The notes under the pieces were generated by a model. It searched no databases and was not told the DNA's origin. It worked only from the letters and a program-made list of their open reading frames with translations. Below are positions 12,655 to 25,703 of a stretch of DNA of 64,000 nucleotides, piece by piece; positions within the stretch are counted from its first letter, which is position 1, and each line of letters begins with the position of its first letter. Origin of the DNA: Stegostoma tigrinum (lineage: Eukaryota); NCBI RefSeq assembly GCF_030684315.1, contig NC_081376.1, forward strand, positions 18,333,018 to 18,397,017. Direction: 5' to 3'. The position numbers and the translations under genes are program-made.

Positions 12655-13862
12655 TGAAGTAGATGAGAGTAAACCGGTTGATGTGGTGTATATGGATTTC
12701 AGCAAGGCGTTCGATAAGGTTCCCCACAGTAGGCTATTGTACAAAATGCAGAGGAATGGGATTGTGGGAGATATAGCAGTTTGGATCGTAAATTGGCTTG
12801 CAGAAAGAAGACAGAAGACAGAGGGTGGTGGTTGATAGGAAATGTTCATCCTGGAGTCCAGTTACTAGTGGTGTACCGCCAGGGTCAGTGTTGGGTCCAC
12901 TGCTGGTCATCATTTTTATAAACGACCTGGATGAGGGCGTAGAAGGATGGGTTAGTAAATTTGCAGATGACACTAAGGTCGGTGGAGTTGTGGATAGTGA
13001 CGAAGGATACTGTAGGTTACAGAGAGACATAGATAAGCTGCAGAGCTGGGCTGAGAGGTGGCAAATGGAGTTTAATGCAGACAAGTGTGAGGCAATGCAC
13101 TTTGGTAGGAGTAACTGGAAGGCAAAGTACTGGGCTAATGGTAAGATTCTTAGTAGTGTAGATGAGCAGAGAGATCTCGGTGTCCATGTACACAGATCCT
13201 TGAAAGTTTCCACCCAGGTTGACAGGGCTGTTAAGAAGGCACACAATGTTTTAGCTTTTATTAATAGAGGGATTGAGTTCCAGAACCAAGAGGTTATGCT
13301 GCAGCTGTACAAAACTCTGGTGCAGCCACACTTGGAGTATTGCGTACAGTTCTGGTCACCACATTATAAGAAGGATGTGGGAGCTTTGGAAAGGGTGCAG
13401 AGGAGATTTACTAGGATGTTGCCTGGTATGGAGGGAAGGTCTTACGAGGAAAGGCTGAGGGACTTGAGGCTGTTTTCGTTAGAGAGAAGAAGGTTGAGAG
13501 GTGACTTAATTGAGACATATAAAATAATCAGAGGGTTAGATAGGGTGGATAGGGAGAGCCTTTTTCCTAGGATGGTGATGGTGAGCACGAGGGGGCATAG
13601 CTTTAAATTGAGGGGTGAAAGATATAGGACAGATGTCAGAGGTAGTTTCTTTACTCGGAGAGTAGTAAGGGAATGGAACGCTTTGCCTGCAACGGTAGTA
13701 GATGCGCCAACTTTAGGTACATTTAAGTCGTCATTGGACAAGCGTATGGACGTACATGGAATAATGTAGGTTAGATGGGCTTCAAATTGGTATGACAGGT
13801 CGGCACAACATCGAGGGCCGAAGGGCCTGTACTATGCTGTAATGTTCTATGTTCTATGTTCT
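12655..13862 (+). mobile_element. Young 5'-truncated CR1 LINE (RT C-terminal half + 3'UTR)
   Basis: 323-aa open frame with GVPPGSVLGPLL, SKFADDTK, HLEYCVQFWSP and LERRRLRGDLIETYKI. Ends in a (gttctat)n tail. Nested in an older CR1 (about 12420-12650 and 13863-14185). Confidence 0.92.
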
Positions 13863-14199
13863 TTGTTAAGTAGTTTCTCTTTGCCCTCTGATCCTGGACC
13901 AATTTGCATAATCTCAGAGTAGGAGTAGTTCAGTTGAGACAGAGATGAGGTGAAATTTTTCCAAGGGTAGTGAATCTGTGGAATTCTTTACTGCAGAGGG
14001 CTGTAGAGGCTGTGTTATTAAGTATATTCAAAGTTGAGACAGACAGATTTTTACTCTGTCAGGGAATCAAGTGTTATGAGGAAATGGCCGGAAAGTGGAG
14101 TTGAAGATTTTCAGATCAGTCATGATCTCACTGAATGTCCTAGCAGACTCAGTGGGGCTGAATGGCCTCCATCTGCTCTTACATCTTTTGTATTTACAG

Positions 14200-15305
14200 A
14201 AATCTAACAAGCTTGAGGATTGGGAATAATTTCTCATTTGGAAAAGGAAGTTGATTAAGAGGGAATAAATATAGTGCGAGAGCAAACTTGCAAAGGATAT
14301 GAAAATGTGTTTAAAAAATTAATGAAGACAGATGTCTGTTATAATCTGAAATGGAAGAATTTATAATGAAGATCAAGGAAATGACTAACATTCAAACAAC
14401 TGTTTTAGTTCTGTCACAAGAAAGACAAAAAATACTTTCATGAAAAACTAGGGTACCAAGAGTCTAGTGAGGAGGAATTAAGAAAATTAGAATGTGCTAG
14501 GGAAATGAAAGGGGCTGAAAGCTTCCTAAATCTCCAATGCCTGATAATCTACATCCCAGAACGCTAAAGGATGTGGCCCTGGAAAAAGTGAAATTGACGG
14601 TTGTCATCTTCCAAAGTTTTGTAGATTTTAAAACAATCCTGGCAGATTGTAGGGTGGCAAAGGTAACCCCATATTTTAAAAATAAAAGGAGAAAACAGGT
14701 GAGGAGGAAAAGAAAAAGCATCAGACAGATATTTGGATTTTTCAGAATTCATTTGATGAAATACCATATAATATCTTAGTATGCAAAATTAAAGCATGTG
14801 GGATTGGTCACAATATCCTAGTGAGGAAACAGTAGAAAGAAATGGATCATTTTTGATGCGAAAGGTGGTGAATGATGTGGTACAATAGGGATCAGTGCTT
14901 GGTACACAGCTATTCTCAGTACAATCAATGATGTGGATGAGAGAATCAAATGTAACATTTCTGATTTTGTTGCCAGCACGAAATATGGTAGGATTGTGAG
15001 TGCCGAACATGATGTAGAAAGTCTTTGAGATGATTTGAGGTTGAGAGTATGAATAAGGGTGACGTTCTGTACTTCTGTGGGAGAAACGGAATGGCAGGTT
15101 ATTATTTAAACATTGATTGGGGAATGTTGATGTGCAGAGTCCTTGTACACTAATCATTGAAAGAAGTATTCAGGTTCAGGAAGGAGTTAAGAAGGCAAAT
15201 GTTATGTTGGCCTTTATTGCAAAAGGATTTAATACAGGAGCAGGGATAGCTTGTAGCTGTACAGGGGATTGGTGAGACCACACCTGGAATATTTGTGCAG
15301 ATTTG
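14200..15305 (+). mobile_element. Highly degenerate CR1 ORF2 (resumes about 16360-16790)
   Basis: PDNLHPRTLK, W/CRVAKVTP.FK and gggatcagtgcttgg remnants. Confidence 0.65.
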
Positions 15306-15309
15306 ATTG

Positions 15310-16350
15310 AAACTTATACCTAAGTACAGTGAAAAGCTTTGTTTATGAGCAGTACAGGCAGATCATAGTAAGCAAGGATGTTCAGATTAAAAATACTTAG
15401 AGGCGTACAGGTTGTATTGCACAGGGTGTGTGCTTGATCAATGTTAGCAAGACCAGCATTATTTGAGATGACAGAGTCCATTCATCAATCTAAAAACAGC
15501 TGAGAAGAAGCTGTCCTGAACCTGCTTGTGCTTCTGTATCTTCTGCTTGACGGAAAAGGTTGTACGAGGTTATTACCGGGTTGAGATAGGTCCTTGATGA
15601 TGTTGGCAGCCAAGCCGTGGAATTGAGCTGTGTAAATGGAGTCCATTGATGGAAGAGGATCAGAGATAATGGGAACTGCAGATGCTGGAGAATCCAAGAT
15701 AATAAAATGTGAGGCTGGATGAACACAGCAGGCCAAGCAGCATCTCAGGAGCACAAAAGCTGACGTTTCGGGCCTCTGATGAAGGGTCTAGGCCCGAAAC
15801 GTCAGCTTTTGTGCTCCTAAGATGCTGCTTGGCCTGCTGTGTTCATCCAGCCTCACATTTTATTATCTTCCATTGATGGAAGGTTGGCTTCCGTGATTGT
15901 CTGGGCTGGGCACACCATCTTCTGTTGTTTATTACAGACCTGAACAGAGCAGTTGCCGTACTTTGCTGTGATGCACCCAGACAGTACGCTTTCAACTGTG
16001 TAGCTGTAGAAGTTGGTGAGGGACCTTACGGATGTACCAGATTTCCTGAGCCGCCTGAGGAAGAAGAGACATTGTTGGCCTTCTTGACCGTTGCATCCAC
16101 ATGGAAGTCAAGGACATATTGTTGGTTATCATAACTCAGTGACACTTTGCACTCTCTACCCTCTCAACCTCAATTCTATTGATGTAGATGGGGGCACGTT
16201 CTCCTCCTTTCTTTCTGAAATCAATGATCAGTCCTTTAATTTTTCAGATGTTGAGAGAGAGAGGTTGTTATCATTGCACCATGTCACCAAGCTGCCTGTC
16301 TCCCTTCTGTATTTTGACTTGTCATGTTGGACATCTGTCTCACTTATGGT
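15310..16350 (-). mobile_element. Rex1/Babar-like LINE 3' fragment
   Basis: The minus strand reads HVDATVKKA(fs)QCLFFLRRLRK, typical of the Rex1 RT C-terminus. Interrupted by the 15656-15868 mini-element. Confidence 0.65.
15656..15868. mobile_element. Fold-back PLE pLTR mini-element inserted in a Rex1-like LINE
   Basis: Near-perfect inverted arms of about 80 bp. Perfect 14-bp TSD tccattgatggaag at 15642-15655 and 15869-15882. Confidence 0.88.
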
Positions 16351-16789
16351 GGCAACACAGTTGTAGTCTCCTTACCTGAAAAGAATATCTTTTTGTAGAG
16401 GGAGTGCAGCAAAATTTCACCAATCTGATTATTTGAATGGTGGGATTTAATACTTTTTGGAAGAAATTCAATTGAAAACTTAACTGTTAAGACAGAAAAG
16501 GCAGGATTGTTGTGTAAGGACAGATTAGACCGACTGGACCTATATTCACTTGAGTTTAGAAGAATGGGAGAGCATCTCATTGAAGCATATAAAATTCTGC
16601 ACACAGGAGTGACGTTTAGCCTGGCTGGAGGGAGGGGTGGGAGTGGGTAATGTTCTAAAACTGGGAGATGGGGGCATGGTCTACAGATGTAGGTAGGCCA
16701 TTTGGGATTGAGAGGAGAAGAAAGTTGTTCATTTAGAGGGCAGTAAATATGTGGAATTTTCTACCACAGAGAGCTGTTGAGGCCAAGTC

Positions 16790-19700
16790 CATAAGACCAT
16801 AAGATATAACAGCAGAATTTAGGCCATTTGGCCTAATGAATCCACTCCACCATTCGATCATGGCTGATATGTTTCTCATTCCCATTCTCCTGCCTTCTCC
16901 CTGTAACCCTTTTTCACCTTCCCAAACAAGAACCTATTTCTGCCTTAAATGTACTTAATGACTGGGCCTCCACAGCCATCTGTGGCAATGAGTTCCACAG
17001 ATTAACCATATTCTGGCTGAAAAAAATTCCTCCTCATCTCAATTCTAAAGATCGTCCTTTCACTCTGAGGCCCTTTCCTAATCTCTCCTAGTGGAAACAT
17101 CTTCTCCACATCCACTCTATCAAGGCCTCTCAGTATTTCATAAGTTTCAATGAGATCTCCTTCATTTTCTTGAACTCTATGGAATACAGACCTAGCGTTC
17201 TCAACTGCTCCTCATATGACCAACACTTGATTCCTGGGAACATTCTTATACCCCCTCCAATACCAACACATTCTTCTTTTGATACAAGGCCCAAAACTGC
17301 TCACAATATTCCAAATGCAGTCTGACCAGAGCCTACAGACTCTCAACAGTACATTTCTGCTTTTATATCCTAGCCTTCTTGAAATGAATGCTAACATTGC
17401 AGTTGCCTTCCTAACTGCCAATTCAACCTGTATGTTAACCTTAAGAGAATCCCAAGTCCCTTTTGTCCTTCAGATTTCCAAAGTCTTTCTCCATTTCGAA
17501 AATAATCCACATCTCTATTCTTCCGACCAAAGAGCATAACTTTACATTATATTCCATCTACCACATCTTTTCCCATTCTCCTAGCCTATCCAAGTCTTTC
17601 TGCAGCTTCCCTGCTTCCTCAGCACTATCTGCCCTTCCACCTATCTTTGTGTCATCTTGAAACTTAGCAACATGGCCCTCAGTTCCTTCATCCAGATCTT
17701 CGTTGATATATAATGTAAATAGTTGTGGTCTCAACACCGACCCATGCAGAACTCCACTAATCACTGGCTCCCATCTTGAAAAAGACCCCTTTAGTCTCTC
17801 ACTCTGCCTCTGCCAGTCACCTAACCTCTATCCATGCCAGTACCTTATCCCTAACAACTATGGAATCCTATTTAGCAGCTTCCTGTTTGGCAACTTGTCA
17901 AAGGCCTTCTGAAACCCAAATAGATCACGTCTGCTGGCTGTACTTCATCTAGCTTGCTTGTTACCACTTCAAAGAATTTTGACAGATTTGTCCGGCATCA
18001 CCTCCCTTTGATGATTGGGTATGCTGACTCAGCCCTTTTTTTTTTAAAACCATGCACTTCCAAGTACTCTGCAATCTTATCCTAAATAATGGGCTCTTAA
18101 ATCTTACCAATGGCCAGGGTCACGCTAACTGGTCTATGATTGCCCAACTTCTGCCTCTGTCCCTTTTTAAGCAGGGGCATTACATTAGCCATTATCCATT
18201 CTTCTGGGACTGTCCCTGACTCCAATGATTCCTTAAAGATCACCATCAATGCCTTCACAATCTCCTCATCTGTCTCCTTCAGAACCCTGAGGTGTAGTTC
18301 ATCTGGTCTGGGTGATTTATCTACCTTCAGACCATTGCTCTTCTCCATACCTTCTCCTGAATGATGGCCACTGTACTTACCACTACTCCCTGACTCTGTT
18401 GAAGTTCTGGTCTGCTACTGGTGTCTTCCACCATGAAGATTGATGCAAAGTACCTATTCAGTTTCTCCATTATTTCTTTAGTCCCTGTAACAACACCAGC
18501 CTCATTTTTCCAGCAGTTCAATATCCACTCTTTCCTCTTTCTCACCATTTAGATGTCTTAAAGAAACTCGTGTAATCTTCTTTTATATTACTAGTTAGTT
18601 TACTCTCATATTTCATCTTCACCTTCCATTATTGCTTTTTTAGTTATCCTGTGCTGGTTTTTAAAGGCCTGTAGCTCCCACTAATCGTCGCCACGTTGTA
18701 TGCTTTTTCTTGTGCTTTCATGCTGTTCCTGACTTCCTGCATCAGCCAATGGTTGCCTCATTCTCCCCTGCAGATGTTTCTTTTTACTTGGGGTGAATTT
18801 CTGCTGTGGCTCCCAAATTAACCCCAGAAACCGCTGTCATTGCTGCTCCACTGTTATCCCTACTAGGCTCCCCTTCCAATCAGCTCTGGTCAGCTCCTCC
18901 CTCAGACCCTCTTTCACTTTTTGCTATTGATTTAAGCTCATTTCTTACTAATAAGGCAACCCCTCCTTCTCCGCCCATCTGCCTGTCCTTTTGATAGAAT
19001 GCATACCCTAAGATATTTAGTTCTCAGCCCTGAACCCCTTGCATTCATGACTCTGTGATACCCAAAATGACGTACGCCCCAATTTCAATCTGCACCATAA
19101 GCTCATTTACCTTGTTTTGTATTCTGCATACTTTGAAGTACAACATCCTCCGTCCTGCATTGATTGCCTCCCTTGTCATAGTTGTTCCAACATCTGCTGA
19201 AGTTAGATTCCTGAACCGTTCCATACTGTCACATCTGGAAATTTTAATGACCTCTGCTGAGCACCCACTCCCTCCACCTTTAGCTTTTTCCACAATTTTC
19301 CATGAAACTGAACCTATCCCCATACTATTTAAAGCCCTATCTATAGCCTTAGTTATGCGATTCACCAAGACTCTGGTCCCTATATGATTCAGGTGGAGCC
19401 CATCCCATCAGAACAGCTCCCTCCTTCCATAGTAATGGTGCCAATGTCCCATTAATTCAAATCCATTTCTCCCACACCAATCTTTAAGCCACATGTTTAC
19501 CTGTTCAATATTGTTGACCCTGTGCCAATTATCTTGTGGTTCAGGTAGTTACTCAGATTACCACCTTTTTGCTTCTGAGTTTTAATTTAGCCCCTAGCTG
19601 CTCATATTCCCTCAGCAGAACTTCTTTTCTCTTTGTACTTATGTCGTTGCTACCTTGTGGACCACAACAACTGGATCTTTCCACTCCAACTCCTGTGCGG

Positions 19701-19955
19701 CCTAAATAAGATATCCTGAACCTGGGCACCAGGCAGTTAACGCAGCCTTCAGGACTCTTTCTGAAGGGTCCCAACCCGAAACGTCGGCCTTCCTGCTTCT
19801 CTGATGCCGACTGGCCTGCTGTGTTCCTTCAGCTCCACACTGTGTTACTTCAGGACTCTTGACCCTGATCACAGAGAACTGTGTCAATTCCCCTGACTAT
19901 ACTATCCAAATTACAACTAGACTTCTCTTCCCCCACACTTGAATGGCTCCCTGTA
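16790..19955 (-). mobile_element. Long degenerate CR1 (ORF1 esterase-like, APE, RT, tail)
   Basis: GSNDISTKRKEVLLREYEQLGAKLKLRSKKVVI (ORF1); IQNKVNEL..ILGITES (APE); KSPRPDELHLRVLKE, GVLHGSVLRPQLF, KFQDDTK (RT); (tcttatgg)n tail at 16790. Confidence 0.88.
19760..19847 (+). mobile_element. Solo PLE pLTR inside CR1 ORF1
   Basis: 13-bp TSD cttcaggactctt at 19747-19759 and 19848-19860; contains gaagggtcccaacccgaaacgtc. Confidence 0.8.
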
Positions 19956-20327
19956 ACCACTGAATATATACATAATATATAAGAAAAATAAATAATTATA
20001 CAGATGCTAAAGGCATCAATGGGTATGTAGAGAGAGCGGGAGTTTAGTGTTGAGTCAGATGATCTGCCATGATCATTGTAATGGCTGGGCCCCCTCAATT
20101 AATCAAGTGGCCCCTATTTTCTGTGATTCTACCTGTGATTCCAGATCCATGGAAATGTATCATAACAGTCCTCTGAAGTGACTTGGCTAGGTCACTAAGT
20201 TCAAGGGCAATCAGGAATGGTAAACAAAAGCTGTCTTTATTATTTACAATCACATCCTGTGACAGAATAAAGTAAAAAAAAAATTTCTGACATCAAAATT
20301 GTGAATAAATAACTGAGGTCTCAGAAC

Positions 20328-20622
20328 ACTGGCTCAGTGGTTAGCACTGCTGCTTCACAGCACCAGGGGTCCAGGTTAGATTCTGCACTCCGGCAACTGT
20401 CTGTGTGGAGTTTGCACATTCTCCCTGTGTCTGCGTGGGTTTCCTCCCACAGGCCAAAGACGTACAGGCTAGGTGGATTGGCCATGCTAAATTGCCCGTA
20501 GTGTTAAAGGGATGTGTAGATTAGGTGTGTCCTAAGGGGATGGGTCTGGGTGGGATGTTCTGAGGGTCAGTGTGGACTTGTCGGCCAAAGGGCCTGTTTC
20601 CACACTGTAGGGATTCTAAGTC
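20328..20622 (+). mobile_element. HE1/V-SINE (tRNA-derived)
   Basis: A-box ggctcagtggttagcac, V-domain gtgtggagtttgcacattctccc..gtgggtttcctcc and a CR1-like tail. Confidence 0.85.
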
Positions 20623-23119
20623 TAACAGTTCCTCATGGATCACTACTTATCATCCTGCCAATGACAGTACCTTTCCTTTATCCTGGATTAGCTGACTGGC
20701 AAATTTCCTGACTAGATCAATAATTTGTGCTCAATTTTGGGACCTGAGCAAACAGATTCTTATGAGAGACAGTCTGTATAAATAACATATATAGACATTC
20801 GCCTGTCTGCTTCTTTGGTCGTCTCTTCAAAAAAAATTCAATCAGGGCTGCTGAGCATTACCTTTCCTTTACAAATCCATCCTGGTTCTTTCTTGATCTG
20901 CTAAAAACTTTTCAATTTGTTCAGTCACCCTATCTTTAATGACAGACTTTAGTAATTTCCTAGCAATAGATGTTAAACTAATTAACCTGTGATTTCCCCA
21001 GTTCCCCTTTCTTAAACAGTGTAGTAAAGTGCATATTTTCCAACCTAAAGGAACGGATCCCAAATAAATAGTTTACACATTCCCCAACACTATCACTCCT
21101 ATATTCTCACCTTTTAAGCCTGGAACAGAAACCATCTCTTCTTGGGGGTTTATTTTTTGATGTCATTATTTTCTTCATTTGTGACTTTTTTTTGTGGAGA
21201 GTCAGGTGGATTTACAGCACAACACCTTTTGGCCCAGTGCAAGTCGGTTATTTTAGTTATGTTAATTGTGTAACTCCCTGTCCTGTTGCATTATTGGTTT
21301 CCCTGGATATCCAGCAGACTGACGACTTTCTCCACAGTAACTACTGATCGTAAATATTCAGCGTGTCCTCCATTTCCTCATTTCATTGAAAATGTCAGAA
21401 TTATCAGTTAACATAGGATTCACATTGTTCTGGACCACCCTCTCTTTCCAAATAAATGGAAAAACCTTTGTGATTTTGACATTCTTTGCAAGTTACTTCA
21501 CATTCATTCATCCTTTTTGTAACTCTTACTATCTGCTGTACCACCCTTTACTATGTTGCATCTTTGCCATTTACCAGGATGTGTCCTTTAAAGCATTTTC
21601 ATATGCTTTCTTTTACTTTTTATGTTGTATGCTCCTTCTTTCATCATCTGCAGAATTTATTTGGCAAATAGACCACTTGCTCCTTTGGTATATGAATAAT
21701 GTTTTGAATAATCTCATGAAAGGTGCTACAAAAATGCAATATCTTCCTTGTAGCTGTTTTGAAACAACTTTAGATACTTCAAAGTAGTTTAAGAGTCAAC
21801 CATGTTGGTGTAGAATGAGAATCATGTATGGGACAGATCACACAGACACAGATTTCCATTCCTAAAGAACATCAGTCTTACAAACATCAGTTCTTTTCAA
21901 TTGTAGAATTTTAAAGTCAAATTCTGAAGTTTCTATGTTGGAATTTGAAGTTACATTCAATGAGAACAAATACTTATTTATATAACACCTTTAACATCAC
22001 AAGATACTTCACGTGAGCATGATGACACTGAGCCACATAAGGTGATATTGTTAGGTTTTAGGAAATGTCTTCGAGGACAGTGAGATAGAAAGGTTTGTGG
22101 AGGGAGTTCCAGAGCTGGTGTTCTGGACTCTGTATGCCCGTGTGAATTAAATCAGTCAACTAGCATATCCTGTCACATGATCTAATGTGCACTTGTAGGA
22201 GGAGGAAAGAAAATACAAAACTTGAATCAATAGTCATCTCTCACCAAATGAACGTTCTCCCTTTCTTCTTCCTTTCATCCGTGTTCTTACGATTGATCCA
22301 GTTAAACAGTGAAGCTCAGGTACAGGGGAGGGCATAAAAGAACATTCTCCGCACACACAGCATTTATTGTTCAATAAGTGAAGATACTGGGATTGAGAGG
22401 GGCCATGTCACTCTGTCTGTGCAGCAGTGATTTGATATGGTCTCCAGTGACAGGGTTTGTTGTTCTGGGAGGGACATCTCTCACCTCTCAGCAGCTGCTT
22501 CAACAAATATTACCCTGCTGCGGAATGTATGGAAAGGAGCTGTGTTCACTAAAGGATTACACTGCAACTATGTGCTACATGACACCCTTAAATTGAGAAT
22601 CTCAAGGGATTTAAGAGATAAATAATGGATATTCAGGAATAGGTACCAACAGGTATCTGATTAAGAGTTGAGGGACTATTTAGAATAGTGGATTTGAAGT
22701 TATAGGCTGCAATCCAGTCAGAGGTGAGACAGTATTTGGTTCATTCTTTGTACACAGTTCTTGGAGTCCTTGAGGTGTAATTGTTTCTGTATCTCCTATG
22801 AAGGTCATGGAGTCCTGTACAGAGCAGTGATTGTCACTGCAAATTATTGTTCCACTGACAGCTTAGACCAGACCTGTGGCTTACCTGCGATCTATACTGG
22901 TTAGCTTGTTAGAGTGTAGAATTTCAATACAGAAATGGACCATTTGGCTCATCTGGTCTAAGCTGATGCTCACGTATTACTAACTACTAGTATTACTAGT
23001 TAATACGAGACAGACCTGAGATAAGGGGAGCATTTTCAGGCTGGCAACCTGTAACTCATGGAGTGCCACCAGGATCACTGCTGGGGCTACAGTTATTCTC
23101 AACATATGTCATGCACTTG

Positions 23120-24368
23120 GAAAGGCAAGGACTAATTAGGGATAGTCAGCATGGCTTTATATGCAGGAAATCGTGTCTCATGAACTTGAGGAAGTAACAA
23201 AGAGGATCGAGGGCAGAGTGGTGGACGTGATTTGTGTGGACTTCAGTAAAGCATTTGACCAGGTTCCTCATCCTAGACTGATTACCTCTATGGAACATAG
23301 GGAGAACTAGCCATTTAGATACAAAACTGGCTTTGAGGTAGAAGACAAATGTAGTGGTGTTTGGGTTGCTGTTCAGAGTGGAGCCTGTGACCAGTGATGT
23401 GCCACGAAGGTCAGTGCTGGGTCCACTGCTTTTTGTCATTTATACAAATAATTCAGATGTGAACATCGGAGGTATAGTTAATAAGTTTGCAGATGACACT
23501 GAAATTGGAGGTATTGTGGACAGTGAAGAAGGTTACCTCAGAGTACAACAGGATCTTGATCTGATGGGCCAAGGAGTGGCAAATGGAGTTTAATTTAGGT
23601 AAATGTAGGGTGCTGCATTTTGGAAAGGCAAGTCAGGGCAGAGATACATGAGGAACCTTGTTCCTGAACAAAGAGATGTTGGAGCATAGGTTCATAGTTC
23701 CTGGAAAGTAGAATCACAGGTAGACAGGATAGTGAAGAAGGCATTTGGTATGCTTGCCTTTATTTGTCAGTGCACTGAGTACAGGAGCAGGGAGGTCATG
23801 TTACAGCTATACAGGACATTGGTTAGGCCAGTTTTGGAATACTGCATGCAATTCTGGTCTCCCTGCTATGGGAAAGATGTTATGAAACTTGAAAGGATTC
23901 AGAAAAGATTTACAAGGATGTTGTCAGGGCTGGAGACTTTGCAACATAGGGAGCGGCTGTAGTTGCTTTCCTTCGAGCATCAGAGTGATGGATGATTTTT
24001 TTTAGAAGTTTATAAAATCATGAGAGGTATAGATAGGGTGAATAGGCAAGGACCAAGGGTAAGGGAGCCCAAAATAAAGGGCATAGGTTTAAGGTGAGAG
24101 GGGAAAGATATAAAAGGAACCAAAGCGGCAGTGTTTTCGCACAGAGAGTGATGGGTGTTTGGAATGTGCTGTCAGGGAAATGGTGGAGGCTGGTACAGTT
24201 ACAACACTTAAAAGGTATCTGGATGAGTATATGAATCGGAAGGGTATAGAGTTATATGGGCCAAATGCTGGCAAATGGGACTAGATTAATCTAGGATATC
24301 TGGTCAGCATGGACGAGTTAGACCAAAGGGTCTGTTTCCAGGCTGCACAGCTTCATAACTCTGAGTCT
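23120..24368 (+). mobile_element. CR1 RT/3'UTR fragment
   Basis: SVLGPLLFVIY, KFADDTEIG, RPVLEYCMQFWSP. Confidence 0.85.
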
Positions 24369-24462
24369 TATGTTAATGTACTAACACTAAGTTTATGGAT
24401 AAAATAAAAATAGGTCAGCAGGCAATAGGAAGGATGACACAAGTAGTCACTTCAGGGATATA

Positions 24463-24660
24463 GAGATAGTAAGAAATACCGATGCTGGAGTCAGAGATAA
24501 GAGTGTAGAGCTGGATGAACACAGCAGGCCAGGCAGCATCAGAGGAGCAGGAAAGCTGATGTTTCAGGTCAGGACCCTTTTTCCTGAAGAAGGGTCCAGA
24601 CCCGAGATGTCAGCTTTCCTGCTCCTGATGCTGCCTGGCCTGCTGTGTTCCTTCAGCTCC
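24463..24660. mobile_element. Fold-back PLE pLTR mini-element (older variant) in a CR1
   Basis: Inverted arms gagctggatgaacacagcaggccaggcagcatc / gatgctgcctggcctgctgtgttccttcagctc. Imperfect TSD cttca(ga)gggatata. Confidence 0.75.
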
Positions 24661-25465
24661 CTTCAGAGGGATATATTCAAGTTAAGGAAGGTGGTATATA
24701 AAGTGGGAAAATACTTTGGCTGGAAGAATAAAAGATCTGAATATTATGGAAATGGGGAAGAATTACAGAAAGCTGCAACAGAGGGAGTGGGGGTCCTTGT
24801 GCGTGAGTCACAAAATGCTAGCATCCAAGTTCAGCAGGTCATGGGAAAGGCAAATGGACTGTTGGCCTTTTGTTTCAAAGGGAATAAAGTATAAAAATAG
24901 GAAGGTGTATAAAATTATACAAAGACAGTCATCAGACCACAACTGGAAAACTGAACAGCTTTGGGGCCCTTTATCAAAGAAAATATCCTAGCATTGGAGG
25001 AGATCCAGAGAAGGTTCACCACGTTGATACCATGTAGGGACAGACTGTCCTATGAGGAGGGCTTGAAGTTTAGAAGAATGAACAACAGGTTTAATGCAAC
25101 ATTCAAAATTCTAAGGTGACCAGAGACAATAGATGTGGACATGTAGCTTTCCCCTTTGTTGAAAAGTTTCAGCAGAAGGCATCATCTCAGAATAAAGGGT
25201 AGCCCATTTAAGACAGATGAGGAGAAATGTCTTCTGAGGGTAGTAAATCTGTGGAATTCTTTACCATGGAGGGCTGTTGAAGCTGTGTCATGAATCCATT
25301 TCAGCCTTGAATATATTTAATGTTTACTCTGTAAGGGAATCTAAGATTATGGGGATAAGAGAGTATAGCTGAGTTGAGGATTATCAGATCAGCCATGATC
25401 TAATTGAATGACAGTGCAGACTTGATGGGCCAAACGGCCTACTTCTGCCCCTCTGTCTGATGGTC
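24661..25465 (+). mobile_element. Degenerate CR1 3' fragment
   Basis: QVQQVMGKANGLLAF and a CR1-type 3'UTR ending in ...gatggtcta. Confidence 0.7.
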
Positions 25466-25587
25466 TAAATCCCCTTCCATCATTCCTCATCTCGCTCCTG
25501 TTAATACATCATTCCTTTCTCTCACTTGGTTTTAACCTGACAGCATCAAATTCCTCTAACTGCATGGTTGGAGTTTTCTTTTTCGAG

Positions 25588-25703
25588 CTGGGTGGTATAT
25601 GAGCACAGGAACTTTACATGCTGAAGTCGAAACTGTTCTTGAGGGAGACTCACTGAAAATTGAATCAGTCAAAATCCTTCAAAGTGGCTTCCTTAAAAAC
25701 TAA
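25588..25703 (+). pseudogene. Possible beta/gamma-crystallin-superfamily pseudo-exon
   Basis: ttttctttttcgag|C TGG GTG GTA TAT GAG CAC AGG AAC TTT ACA = WVVYEHRNFT, then a stop unless a 1-nt frameshift gives AEVETVLEGDSLKIESVKIL. Confidence 0.3.

Noticed and set aside
20328-20400. tRNA-like A/B boxes
   Set aside because: SINE heads, not complete tRNA cloverleaves.
22240-22860. Unique-looking segment with several short ORFs and splice-like signals
   Set aside because: No frame gave a recognisable protein or a consistent exon.
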